The notes under the pieces: generated by a model | What the model was told of the DNA's origin: nothing | The model's database searches: none | Seen by the model: the letters and a program-made list of their open reading frames with translations, nothing else | Source of the DNA: Octopus sinensis | Lineage: Eukaryota | Direction of reading: 5' to 3' | Assembly: GCF_006345805.1 (NCBI RefSeq) | Contig: NC_043022.1 | Location: forward strand, 496,001-560,000 | Length of the DNA: 64,000 nt | Part shown: piece by piece, positions 24,105-36,126 of the stretch | Numbering within the stretch: the stretch's first letter is position 1 | Layout: every line of letters begins with the position of its first letter | Program-made: the position numbers and the translations under genes

Positions 24105-26100
24105 CAGTGATGCCTTGACTTACGAGTTTAATTCGTTCCGTGACAGAGCTCGTAACTCAAATTACTCGTATGTCAAATCAATTTCCCCCACTGAAATGAA
24201 CTGAAGTGCCATTAATCCGTTCCGGGTCCCAAGAAAGTACCGCATTTTTTTTTATGATTTTTAATAAGAAAAATGTACGAATTTTGTATAAAGACACAAT
24301 ACAATAGAATGTGCTGCAATAAATGTACAGCATTTCCCCTGGAGATCAGATGACTGATCAGAGATGCTGACGGAGGTGAAGGAGAAAGGCTGAACTTCAT
24401 AACTGAATCTTATTCACTGATTTTTACCTTTTTCGCTACGTTTTCCTCACTTTTGTCTGCAAGAGTTTTTGATAAAACCCTATCCGATGAGGTGCTTCAT
24501 CTTCCCTTTCAGAATGTTCCTGAAATGAGTTTGGCAAGTGTCATTAAATAGCGCCGTCGCGCAACATTTTCTGAGTGTTTCTTTTGCATAAAGTCTGAAA
24601 GTTTCTCCCACATTCCCAACGTTTCCTTCATCGCACCTACAGAGATAACCTCCTCCGCGTCACCTAATTCCTCCAAAACTCCTGTGTGCTGCTGCGTCTG
24701 TAGCTCCTTTTGCTCCTACGTTGTCATTTCCTCAAAGTGCTTCTCGGTGAGCTCATCCAGGCCCATGAACTTGCCGAGGGACACAATCTTCTCCACCACT
24801 GCCGCTTCGGGTTCGAGTCTTTCAAAGTCCGTTTCAGACACAACCTCAGGCCACAGCTTCTTCCACGCAGAGGTCAAGGTCCTCTTTGTAACACCCTGCC
24901 AGGCCATATCGATAATTCTGAGGCATATCACGATGTTATAGTGGTCCTTCAAGAACTCTCGAAGGTGAGGTTTGTGCTCTCTGTCACTTCAAAGCAGCGG
25001 CGGAACCGGTGCTTGGTGAAGAGCTTCTTGAAATTAGAAATCACCTGCTTATCCATGGGCTGCAGGATAGGGGTGGTGTTGGGTAAAAGGTAGAGAACCT
25101 TTATAAATTTGAACTCTTCGGGATGTCATCTTCGAGGTTAGGTGGGCGAGCAGGTGCATTATCCAGGACGAGAAGAGCTTTCAGGGATAGGTTATTTTCC
25201 TGGAGATATTTCTTAACGTCACGACCAAAGACCAAATTCACCCACTCCACAAAGAACTGCCTGGTGACCCATGCCCTCGGGTTTGCCCTCCACATAACCT
25301 GCAGTTTTCTTTCAGAATCTTGTGTAACTTAAAGGCTCTGGAGTTTTTCAAATGATAGGCGAGCAGCGGCTTAATCTTGCAGTCGCCGCTCCCATTGGCA
25401 CACAGTGCGAGGGTTAGCCTATCCTTCATGGGTTTCTGGCCTGGCATCCTCTTCTCCTCTGCTGTTATATAAGTGCTCTTTGGCATCTTCTTCCCAAAAA
25501 GACCTGTCTCGTCACAGTTGAAGACTTGCTGGGGGGATGCATCCTTCGGCTGCTCTAATTCCGGCAAAAGTTTTGAGCTAAACCTCAGCTGCCTTCATAT
25601 CCGCGCTTGCTGTCTCACCATGCCTGACAAGGGAGTGAATGCCGGCGGTCCTCTTTTTAAAATTCTCGAACCAGCCCCGACTGGTTCGCCCAATGCCTCG
25701 TCCGTACAAGTACCTGGGGTCAACTGCTGCAAATTAACGTAAACAACTCGTACCTTCTCGTAGATTATAGCTTCCGTCACGATACCTCCTGCGAACTGCT
25801 TCTCCATCAGCCACACCATCACCAGCTTCTTCATGGGTAGCTATCTGCTGTTTAGAAATCCTTTTAACGCCCTTGGCTGGCGTTAAAGCCTTTATCGACT
25901 CCTTCTGCTTCAGTCTGGTGCAGATCGTAAAAGTGCTACGCTCTCGACTACACGCACACCTTGGTCGTGTTTTTCAACAATTTCTTTCTTTAATTCAAAG
26001 CCCATCATCCGCTTCTTCTTCTCACCACTGTCCTTCGCACTCACTTCCTTCGGACCTCATGATTGGGAAAACGAAGTTTTGCAAAATAACTCCGAGCACA
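24105..26100 (-). mobile_element. Decayed Tigger/pogo DNA transposon (TIGD1-like transposase, about 24410-26060)
   Basis: HTH region (ELKKEIVEK; LVMVWLMEKQ..IYEK), QQVFNCDETGLF, KDRLTLALCANGSGD, LLVLDNAPA, NTTPILQPMD; TA|CAGTG terminal sequence at 24105. Confidence 0.88.
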
Positions 26101-26339
26101 ACACTGATGCTTCTGTAGCCTGCAAGGACTAAGTAAGCATTTTACCACCCGTCTAGCTAACGATCCACTAACAATCTTCGCACTTGCCAATGCGCATGTC
26201 TGTCTAGCTATCGAGTGAGACACGGGATGCTGGGCGGATGTTACGGCGTTCATTGTCACGTTCGCTACGCCAACTCTACAACAGAAATAAACAGGTACCC
26301 TTATAATCGTTAAAATTTCTGTAAATCTGAAATTATACA

Positions 26340-27475
26340 TTCAAACTATTTATTAATTGTTATTATGTAAATATTTAATGTTTAGTACACATAGCATTTG
26401 CATTTTTCTATTAGGCATGATACTTATCAGATGACGAATATTCTCTTGCGGAATTTCTTGCCAAGTTTCAAGCAGTAATCTCAAAAGATCTGGCTTTGAA
26501 GATGCTTTCCTGTTCCTTTTACGAAATGTTCTGTCCATTATATCACAGAAGTGTTTAATAAGGCTCATATCTGGGGACTGGCTTGGCCATGGAAGCTTTT
26601 TAATGCTATTCGCATCCAACAAATCATGCGTCATTTTAGCTGTGTGACAAGGTACCCCATCTTCCATAAATAAAGAGTCGTCTTTAATTATTTCACCACT
26701 GCAGAAGATTAGAAGGAGTCCTTTCTGCAATATGGTTACATATTTATCAGAGTTTATATTTCCCTCACACTCCACCAGCTCCGACCAACCACTGCTCCAA
26801 ATTCTTCCCCGGACCATCACAGAATAACTGCCGTGTCTCATTGCTGGTTGCAATCTTTTCACATCAATTTTTTTTATTACAGAGTCTCCAGACCCACAAT
26901 CTGGACTCATCAGAGAATATGACAGAGTTCCAAAATGCTAATGGCCTCTCCGCCATCTCATTGGCCCAATCTTTTCTCCGCTTGATGTTGGCCGGTCGAA
27001 GAAGTGGCTCCCTTCTTGCTGCTCTGCTATAGTAACCAAGTTTGCGGAGATACCTGATAGCTGTTCTGGGACTGACATCAATGTGTTCTTCTGTGTCAGA
27101 TGCTTTGCAATGAGGATTATCCTCTACACTTCCCTTACGAAAGACAAGTGTCCTGTCAGAGAGCCCTGCTCAACCTGGACTCCTTCCCCTCTCTGATGAA
27201 TTGCACAATCACTCTATTAACTGTAGAAAGCGGGATCTCGAGGTTTTCTGCGATTTAACGCTATATCCACCCTCAGAATGCTCCAAATTATGGCCTCTTT
27301 GAAATTCAGACAGTTCCAAGGCTTCTTTTGTACATGGCGTGATTAAAAAGTCACATATAAAGCCTGAAAAAAAAATGTCGATTAATAAAAAATATAAACC
27401 ATTACAAGTTAGAATAGACATAAAACAATATTTTATGGGGTGTCTATTTACTTCTGTCATGTCTGTGTGTGTGTG
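26340..27475 (-). mobile_element. Decayed Tc1 transposon
   Basis: NINSDKYVTILQKGLL, FMEDGVPCHTAK, LPWPSQSPDMSLI (Tc1 DD34E region); ELSEFQRG N-terminus; TIR-like GACAGAAGTAAATAGACACCCC at about 27440. Confidence 0.82.
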
Positions 27476-28051
27476 TATATATATATATATACACACTCAC
27501 ACACACATATATATATACCAATATCTATATATCTACATATATGTGTGTGTGTGTGCATGTATGTATGTATGTATGTATGTATGTATGTATGTATGTATAT
27601 ATATATATGTATGTATATGTATGTATGTATAAGCACGTAAGCATTTGTGTTGCACCACAATGGCAGCTTTCACGCTTATGATATTTTCATCTTGTCAGTG
27701 TTCCATTGAACGGTTTAATGATCGCTATAAAAGTTCAATTAAAAGGAAATATATGATATTTATTGATTATATTAAAAGTGCACGGAACCATCGCTGGCGA
27801 GTGAGTGAAGATCACTGAGTCGGTTGTTGCGTACGATGCTTTCGTCAGATGTCTTCGCCATCGCGTAATGGGGAGGTGACACAGTCACTCGCCCAGCTAC
27901 TTCACTACTTTGACCGCAGATGAGCATCAAGGATATGAGAGCAGCTGGAGAACTACAGCGACAGTTGTACTCTGGTCAGCGACAAATGTCTACTGATGAC
28001 GTCATAGATTATAAACATCAAGAGTATTTACACGCCGTATGTGTGTGTGTA

Positions 28052-28092
<41 letters not shown>

Positions 28093-28166
28093 ATATATAT
28101 TAATATATAATAGGCATACCTCCTACGCTTCTCTCTCTCTCTTCTCTCTATATATATATATATATA

Positions 28167-28199
<33 letters not shown>

Positions 28200-28352
28200 T
28201 GCATACATACATACATACCTGCATATATATATATATAGTCACAATGAGGATATTTAAACTTTTATAGGGTACTTCTGTCTAAGATACACTGGTTTAATAT
28301 ATTATAAGTATGTGTGTGTGTGTGTACAAAGATAGATAGATAGATAGATAGA

Positions 28353-28474
28353 TTTCTTTATTGGCCACGCAGGGCTAAACACAGAAAGGAAAAAATACAA
28401 AGTAGAGCTTTGGTGGGGGGATAAGAGAAGGGGGGCGAATTCCGATCAAAAGGGATTGTGAAAAAAAGGAGGAT
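28353..28474 (-). mobile_element. 3' end of the Tx1-type LINE family, flanked by (GATA)n on both sides
   Basis: Minus strand TCCCTTTTGATCG..AAAGCTCTACTTTGTATT..GTTTAGCCCTGCGTGGCCAATAAAGAAATCTATCT matches 39735-39865. Confidence 0.78.
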
Positions 28475-28485
28475 GATAGATAGAT

Positions 28486-28516
<31 letters not shown>

Positions 28517-28520
28517 GTGG

Positions 28521-28686
28521 GCTGGGTTTCTTCCAGTTTCCGTCTACCAACTCCACTCACAAGGCTTTGCTCGGCCGGGAACTAGAGTAGAAACCACTTT
28601 CACAAAGAGTCACGCAGTAAGAGAAAACCCGAAACCATCTGGTTAACGAGTAAACTTCTCACCAGACTGCCACACCTGCGCCTATA
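28521..28686 (-). mobile_element. SINE family A 5' half
   Basis: Minus-strand head AGGCGCAGGTGTGGCAGTCTGG..; GCCTTGTGAGTGGAG..GGAAACTGGAAGAA. Confidence 0.7.
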
Positions 28687-29002
28687 AATAGGTATATATA
28701 TATATATATACACACTAACACACGCACACACAGAATGGTTTCTTGACACTAGGATATCCTCGTACGAAATACTTTTAGCGCCAACGCCACCACCACCACG
28801 TTTCTACATGAAACACTTGTTCAGGAAGTTTTAACTTCCTTTGTGAAAACAAAGTTTTCTCCCTATGACACTTATTTCAGTTGAAACAATCTGGAGTTGC
28901 ACAGAAGGAGAGACAGACAGACAGACAGACAGAGATATGTATATTCTATAATTAAATCACGTGTGCGTGCGCGCGCGCGTGTAGGTCTATGTAAACACAG
29001 CT

Positions 29003-29163
29003 ATGTCTATTTTGTCATATGCCAGGCTTATTTGGAGAAGTCTTGGCAACAGTCTTCTGCAACTGGCAGCAAAACGGGAGTATCCCCAGTTTCGTGAGTC
29101 GAGGAGGGGTGACACTGCTAAAAAAAAAAAGACCCAAACAAGGGGGACGTTATAGATGATTTC
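29003..29163 (+). pseudogene. Internal fragment of Tx1-type LINE ORF2
   Basis: CATATGCCAGGCTTATTTGGAGAAG..CTGCAACTGGCAGCA..GACCCAAACAAGGGGGACGTTATAGAT matches 37525-37680. Confidence 0.75.
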
Positions 29164-29182
29164 CGTTATAGATGATTTCCAG

Positions 29183-30030
29183 TGTTGAGAAGAAGAAAAA
29201 ATTGATTACGAGAAGAATTGAAGAAGGAAATCATTGATAAAGATGAGAGAGGAGCGCCTGGAGTGGACACAACAGGTCACCACGACCGAAGCAGTCGATG
29301 ATCTGCACCATTCTGAAGAAAAAGGATGAGATCAAGGCCGTTACAATAGCAAAGGGTGTCTCCAGGCTCTCCAAGCAATGCTCATCTGTCCACGAAGAGA
29401 GTGAAAAATTGCTTTTCTTGTGGATCAATGAGAAGCAATTCACAGGGGATACGGTTACGGAGACCATCATCTGCGAGAAAGCACGAGCGCTGTATGTTTG
29501 TTGTTGCTGTTGTTCCTTCTGAAACCATGCCTGGCTCATAAGGGCCAGTTTCCCGGTTTCCTTGGCTTATAGGTTCCCCACCTGGACGGGACGCCGGTCC
29601 GTCGCAGGTGAGCAGCAAAATGCAGGAGGAAAGAGTGGGAGAAAGTTTGGGCCAAAGAGTCAGCCGGAGCCGCGTGGGGCTTAGGTGTTTCGCTCATAAA
29701 CACACACATCGCCCGGTCTGAGATTCGAACCCGCGATCCCTCGACCGCGAGTCCGCTGCTCTAACCACTAGGCCATGTGCTGTATGGGGATCTCCTGAAG
29801 CAGAACCCTGGAACGTCGAGGGAGGAGACATCAGCAGACGTATTTAAGGCCTGTCGCGGCTGGTTCGATAATTTACAGAAGAGGACTGGTGTTCATGGCG
29901 TCGTCAGGTATGGAGAAGCCGCGAGTTCTGATACGAAGGCAGCCGAGGATTTCGTGCGCGAATTCCGTCAGCTCATTGCAGCTGAGGGGTAACATCGTGC
30001 AACAGGTATTCAACTGTGATGAAACTGGCC
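29183..30030 (+). mobile_element. Second Tigger/pogo transposase fragment, interrupted by a SINE
   Basis: ICTILKKKDEIK..EKLLFLWINEKQ..ICEKARALY|GDLLK..FKACRGWFDNLQKRTG..QVFNCDETGL. Confidence 0.85.
29497..29778 (-). mobile_element. SINE family C inserted in the Tigger, with an 8-bp TSD
   Basis: Head CATGGCCTAGTGGTTAGAGC..GGTTCGAATCTC on the minus strand; (CAA)n tail; GCTGTATG at 29489-29496 and 29779-29786. Confidence 0.85.
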
Positions 30031-30279
30031 TTGGTGGTAAATAACAGAGCGAAAGGCTGAAACGGGGGCGCGGTGGTAACGGGTAGCTACATGGATATAT
30101 GCACACGCGGGCGGGTAGGTAGGTAGGTAGGTAGGTAGATAAATAGATAGACAGATAGGTAGAGAGAGAGAGAGAACAGACAGACAGACAGACAGACAGA
30201 GACAGACAGACAGACAGACAGACAGATAGCGAGATAGACAGACAGACAAATTTCTGATGTAAAATCGTGTGTTGAAGCA

Positions 30280-30670
30280 GTTATTTTGAATGGTCATTTG
30301 TTTCTTTTCGTTTTGCTCTTTTTGGTTCTTTTTTTTTTTGGCTTTTTCTTTTCTTTTTTTCCAATTAAAAACACGCACTATATATTCTTATTTTATTGAC
30401 CTTTGTCTGAAAGTCTTTGGTCACACACACACACATCATGTGACCTCTTCAGCGGTCACCATACTAAGACAACATGGACTAAATAGGAGAGGAGGAAACA
30501 CGTGGGGCGCAGAGTCGGTGCAGAGGTCACAGGATGTGTGACGAAAGATTTTTCAGCCGAAGGACATTAAAATTAGAACAATAATAAATCTAAAGTGAAG
30601 GACGAGTATACAGTGCGTGTGTTTATTTGGCAAAAAACAAATGACCGTCCCGAAAAATAACTAGATCTAT
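30280..30670. repeat. Degenerate ~390-bp foldback (MITE-like)
   Basis: AGTTATTTT..GGTCATTTGTTT, AACACGCACT, CACACATC.TGTGACCTCT recur in inverted order around a centre near 30485. Confidence 0.6.
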
Positions 30671-30821
30671 ATACATATAAAGAAATATGAGTGTATATTA
30701 CGGGTCTGTTGGCATAAAACCACCCACGCACGCGCGCACACACACACACATACATATATTTGTGTGTGTAGGCAGGCATGCGCGCTTGGGTGTGTGTCAG
30801 TGTGTATTTGTCAAGTTTACG

Positions 30822-31022
30822 AAGGGGCTACACACAGAGGGGACAAACAAGGACAGACGAACGGATTAAGTCGATTACATCGACCCCAGTGCGTAACTGG
30901 TACTTAATTTATCGAAGGCAAATTCGACCTCGGCGGAATTTGAACTCAGAACGTAACGGCAGACGAAATACTGCTAAGCATTTCGCCCGGCGTGCTAACG
31001 TTTCTGCCAGTTCGCCGCCTTC
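30822..31022 (-). mobile_element. SINE family B, full monomer
   Basis: Minus-strand head AAGGCGGCGAACTGGCAGAAACGTTAGC..TTCTGAGTTCAAATTCC; tail TTGTTTGTCCCCTCTGTGTGTAGCCCC. Confidence 0.85.
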
Positions 31023-32959
31023 TAAGAAGAATTCTATTTACCAAATTCCATTCTCAATGCCTTTGGTCATCACGATGCTAGAAGAGAGTTGATCGGGTAG
31101 CCCCACGGTGAGATCGAACAAGAGACCATGTGGTCCCCAGAAAGCAGAAGCGAGAAAAGAAAAGCGAAAGAAGGGAAGGACGGAAAGCAGGAATGTCTAA
31201 AAGACGGATGTAGATCTACTGCAATATCAACAGAGTTTAAATAATGAAGAAATGAGTAATTTGGTTGTTTGTATATCAAAGAATTTTATCGTTTCATGTT
31301 TTTGCTGCGAAGTAAACACGAGTTTGGTAGAAGCAGCAACCTTTCTTCTGTTTTACTGTTGTTTACTGGAGCCAGCTGGATCTCGGCCAGTGTAAGGGGT
31401 TTTGCCTGTGTATGCGTGAGAGGATGTGCGAGCGAGTGTTTCAGGGTGTTTGTGTGTGTGTGTGTGGGTGGGTGGGTGTATGTGTGTGTGCGTGGGTGTA
31501 TGTGCAAATATATGTATTTATACATATACACACATCTATATGTATACAAGTACGAAATTGTAGATAGATAGATAGATGTGTGGTGTGTGTGTATATATAT
31601 ATATGTGTGTGTGTATTATATATACACTTACACACAAAAACGCGCGCACACAGCCTAGGATTAAAATCCTATTACGTCACACACATCCAAGCCCCATTTT
31701 ATGTGCTCATAACATCTCCATGGCGACATCAAGTAATTAACTTCTTTCTGTTGTTGTTTTTTTAAATATAAATTCTCAAGAAACAAGAATAGTTTCCTTA
31801 CGTGTATAACTAGATTAATGTGAGGTTCGCTGATCCGTGCGATTGTATTTGAGAAGGTCAAAGCTTTGAGAAAAGCCTTTTCCTGATTGAAGGATCAAAG
31901 CCACCAATTTTATATCGAGAAAAACTTATCATACTTTGGTCGTTTTGGACCCAGTAAAAAGTATTCTAATAGCCCCATCCTGTGATTCTATGGCAGAAAG
32001 CTTATCGTATATTTCACTCAAGCAGCGTTGGATTAACCATTTAGGAAAATAAGCACGTGCTGAGGACATCGAGGGAAGTCGGGTACCACAGAAATGGTGA
32101 ATGGTTTACGGTACAAAAGAAATCACTCTAAACTTGCACAATAATATTCGAAGTGGTGTATGTGATCGGAAATATAATTCCGAAGTGTCATAATGAGGAA
32201 CTGATCAAAGACTTTGCAATGAAAAAATAAAATTAGAGAAAATCTTTCAAATATAGAAGTGGAAGTTTAGAAAAATTAACATTTTCTATCTTTTTGCTTC
32301 ATTTTGCAAAATAAAAATTAATTTTATGGTTTATTAATATTTATATTTTGAATTACATATATATGGGGGCACCAAAATCTTTTATGTGCTTAGGGTCTTA
32401 ATCCGGCCCTGTTCTCAAGTACTGTTCCTCTCTAGAATATGCGTGATGATTTTTCCTAATTCAAGCTATTTTCCGGTTTATTTAACCCTACACCTTTGAA
32501 CTTGTGTCAGGAACCAAGAAAATAAACGGCAGACGGGTGTAGAAAGTACGTGTATGGAATGAGAAATCGCAGGCTTTCTTCTGCGATAAGCATTGAACAG
32601 TTGTAGTTGCTGAAAAGATGGAATCTGAGTGCATCTGAAGTTAATCCTAAAATATTCCTAAACGTAACACACGATTCAAGGACGAAGCAACATGGAGAAG
32701 TTGAAGTGAATGTGTTATGGATTAATATCGTCTGCCTGTCGTCTGTTCGAGTGTATTCGTCAGTTGTGACATTGCAAATGGCGAACGTGGGTTTATTAGC
32801 GGCATTTTCGGTGTTTGTTTATGCAACCCTTAAGAGGTGAGTTCGGTATGCCCTTCTGCAAAGCACATTATTTCACGTTACGCTCAGGTCTGCTCAACAC
32901 AAAATGAATACCAACCTAATGACCGTGCAGCCCTCTCTTTTTCTGTCGCTTTTTCTCTC

Positions 32960-32989
32960 TCTATCTATCTGTCCGTCTGTCTGCCTGTC

Positions 32990-33058
<69 letters not shown>

Positions 33059-33194
33059 CTCTATCTATCTATCTATCTACTCTATCTATCTATCTACTCT
33101 ATCTATCTATCTATCTACTCTATCTATCTATCTACTCTATCTATCTATCTATCTACTCTATCTATCTATCTATCTACTCTATCTATCTATCTAC

Positions 33195-33248
<54 letters not shown>

Positions 33249-33717
33249 ACTCTATCTATCTATCTACTCTATCTATCTATCTACTCTCTATCTATCTATC
33301 TACTCTATCTATCTATCTACTCTATCTAATCTATCTATCTCTATCTATCTATCTATCTACTCTATCTATCTATCTACTCTATCTATCTATCTACTCTATC
33401 TATCTATCTACTCTATCTATCTATCTACTCTATCTATCTATCTACTCTATCTATCTATCTACTCTATCTATCTATCTACTCTATCTATCTATCTACTCTA
33501 TCTGTCTATCTACTCTATCTATCTATCTACTCTATCTATCTATCTACTCTATCTATCTATCTACTCTATCTACTCTATCTACTCTATCTACTCTATCTAT
33601 CTATCTACTCTATCTATCTATCTACTCTATCTATCTATCTACTCTATCTATCTATCTACTCTATCTATCTATCTACTCTATCTATCTATCTACTCTATCT
33701 ATCTATCTACTCTATCT
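32960..33717. repeat. (ATCT)n array expanding into a 17-bp higher-order unit
   Basis: Repeating CTATCTATCTATCTACT from about 33055 onward. Confidence 0.9.
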
Positions 33718-33935
33718 CTGACGGATGTGATGTCGTTTCAGCTCCGAAGGTAATCATTTATTTTGACTATTTAAAAGTGTATATTGACAAACATTTTGTG
33801 CTTAAAAGTTGTGCAACAACATCCACTGTAAACCTTTGATAAATATCGACACCAAATTTTGCCCCTTGTGGGCAAAATTTAAAAGAAAAAATTCTCATAG
33901 CCTTCGTGGTTTCATTTAGCCATTTTATTTCCAAA

Positions 33936-35815
33936 ATGGCCACTGGCCACCACGAGGCTGAGTTGCAAGTCAAGCGTGACGCAGAAACAGAAAAACAGGA
34001 TGCTCTGTTAGCATACGCCGAACCTGACAACTCCACCACCACCAACAGCAACAAATACAAAACAAGGTCGCAAGGCCAAGCACCGTCAACACCATCAGTG
34101 AGTCCACCACCACCACCAACACCATGGCAGAATCTGCTACTAAAACTGCTATCCCTACTAAAGATATCGCCACCAATAACAACACCAACATCACCATCAC
34201 CGCCACCAAAGACCGTGCCGTCAATGTTACTAATACTACCAACACCACCGCCGTCACCAAGAACGACACAACAACAACAACAACAACAAAAACAACGACG
34301 ACAACAACAATTCCCTTCAACCACTGCTCACTCCATCACCAACAAGTGAAAAATAACGACGACAAGCAAACGAAATGTCGAAATTTGCCCTAGTGCAGGA
34401 CTAAAGTACGCAGGCAATTTTCCACCCCTTCCTACTTGCACAATCGAACCAAACACACCAATTTTACAAACTGCAGCCAACAACAACATCACCACAAGCA
34501 ACAACAATAACAAAACAACAACAAATTTCGCTGAGGCGATTAAAGAAAAAAACAACTATATTACGGCTCAACAAATACAGACACGAACATCAAAATAACA
34601 GAATCAGAAGGTATAGTAAAAATAAACATACCAGAAGATATTTTGGAAAATGAAAAAAAGACGAACAATCATTATAAAATAGTTAACAAAAACAAAAATC
34701 CCAGAGAAGGCCAACACAAGCAAAATAGAGAAGTGCTTGAAACCCATCTGGGATCACAAAGAATATGTAACCTGTTGGAACAAATTTGCCCACATACAAG
34801 TCGTTTTCTACCCGAAGAGTTAGCTAGACATTTCTCAACGCTAACTCTTCACTCAGATGAACTCCAACTTACACCAAGCTATCGGGGACAGAAAGTGACT
34901 AAGATCACTCTAAACAATGTCCCCAAAATAGCCAATAGTCTATGGCTTGTAAAGGCCTTATGCGTAAAAATGGCGAATTATACTATTTTGGAAACCACAG
35001 TCACAGAGCATAAAAACTGGGTGGGAAAAAAAATAGAATTTCTTCTACATATATCATGAAGATATAAAAAAAATACCCACCCAGATATGTGTATCAGACG
35101 ACCACAAGTTATATGTGGTCGTCGATGGCAGAAGACCACGTTGCTACATATGCGGCAGTGAGCAACACCTCAAAAAAGACTGCAAATCTGCCGCAAGAAA
35201 ACAACAGCAACAACAACAGCAGCCGGAAACAAAAACAAATAAACAAGGTTTACTACCCACACCACTTTTTGCAGGAACAAACCTCACCAAACAAACAACC
35301 ACACCAACTGCAGCACCAAGAACAGAAGCAGCATCACCAACAACAACCAAGAATATACCAACTCCCAAACCAAGGACATCTGCCAAAAAGACACCCAGCA
35401 AAAATGAAGAAACAATTACAACTCCAAATCCCCACAAAATTGAGACCCTAAACAACACAACAATACCCACAATCACTCAAACACAAAATACCAAAACCCC
35501 ACATCCAAAACCGCATACACCACAACCAAACGCTCACCAACCAACACCGACAACAAAACCAACACAGTCGACAATAGACCCCAATACTTCCCTCTTCCAG
35601 ACTCCGATTCGTCTGATCTGTCATTAGACGAAGAAGACACGGAAGAATGGCAAATAGCCACAGGGGGAGAAGAAAAAGGGGGAAAAAAAGAAAAAAAGAA
35701 AAAATAACAAACAAAGCGGGAAGATACACCACTCCCGAAACAAAAACATCCACAGAAAACCACACATCAACACAAACACACCATCATCAAACCCCCCAAA
35801 AATGTTGACAGCCAT
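33936..35815 (+). pseudogene. ORF1 (gag-like nucleic-acid-binding protein), frameshifted
   Basis: ATG at 33936 (MATGHHEAEL..); Thr/Gln/Lys-rich low-complexity flanks; zinc knuckle CYICGSEQHLKKDC (CX2CX4HX4C) at 35142-35183. Confidence 0.72.
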
Positions 35816-36126
35816 AAACACAAACAACCACGCCTAATGGAACACATTAGGTCAAACACTAACATCACTGAAAACGACATAAAAACAAGTAACCACCCAC
35901 CCACACACAACACCACCACAACACATTAAAATAATACACGTGACACAGAACACATACAGCACCCTGAAATCTCTTACCCTGATGCAGTAGGGAGATTTCA
36001 AAAGTACTCATCGAAAAAACTGTATAAAAGCCTCATAGAAGAAGACCGTGAGGTGAAAGACAAAGAACTTTCGAAAAACAAGTACCTTTTCTCTCTCCTT
36101 TTCCTTTTTTGCACTTTTATCGGAAC

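Noticed and set aside
27794-27897. Short inverted repeat CTGGCGAGTGA / TCACTCGCCCAG with CTGACGA on the minus strand, and a TGACGTCA site near 27997
   Set aside because: Only about 11 bp of pairing, no GAAA partner for a ribozyme, and single 8-mers are expected by chance
32366-32410. CAGGGCCGGATT-like terminus on the minus strand, suggesting a hAT MITE end
   Set aside because: No matching second TIR or TSD was found
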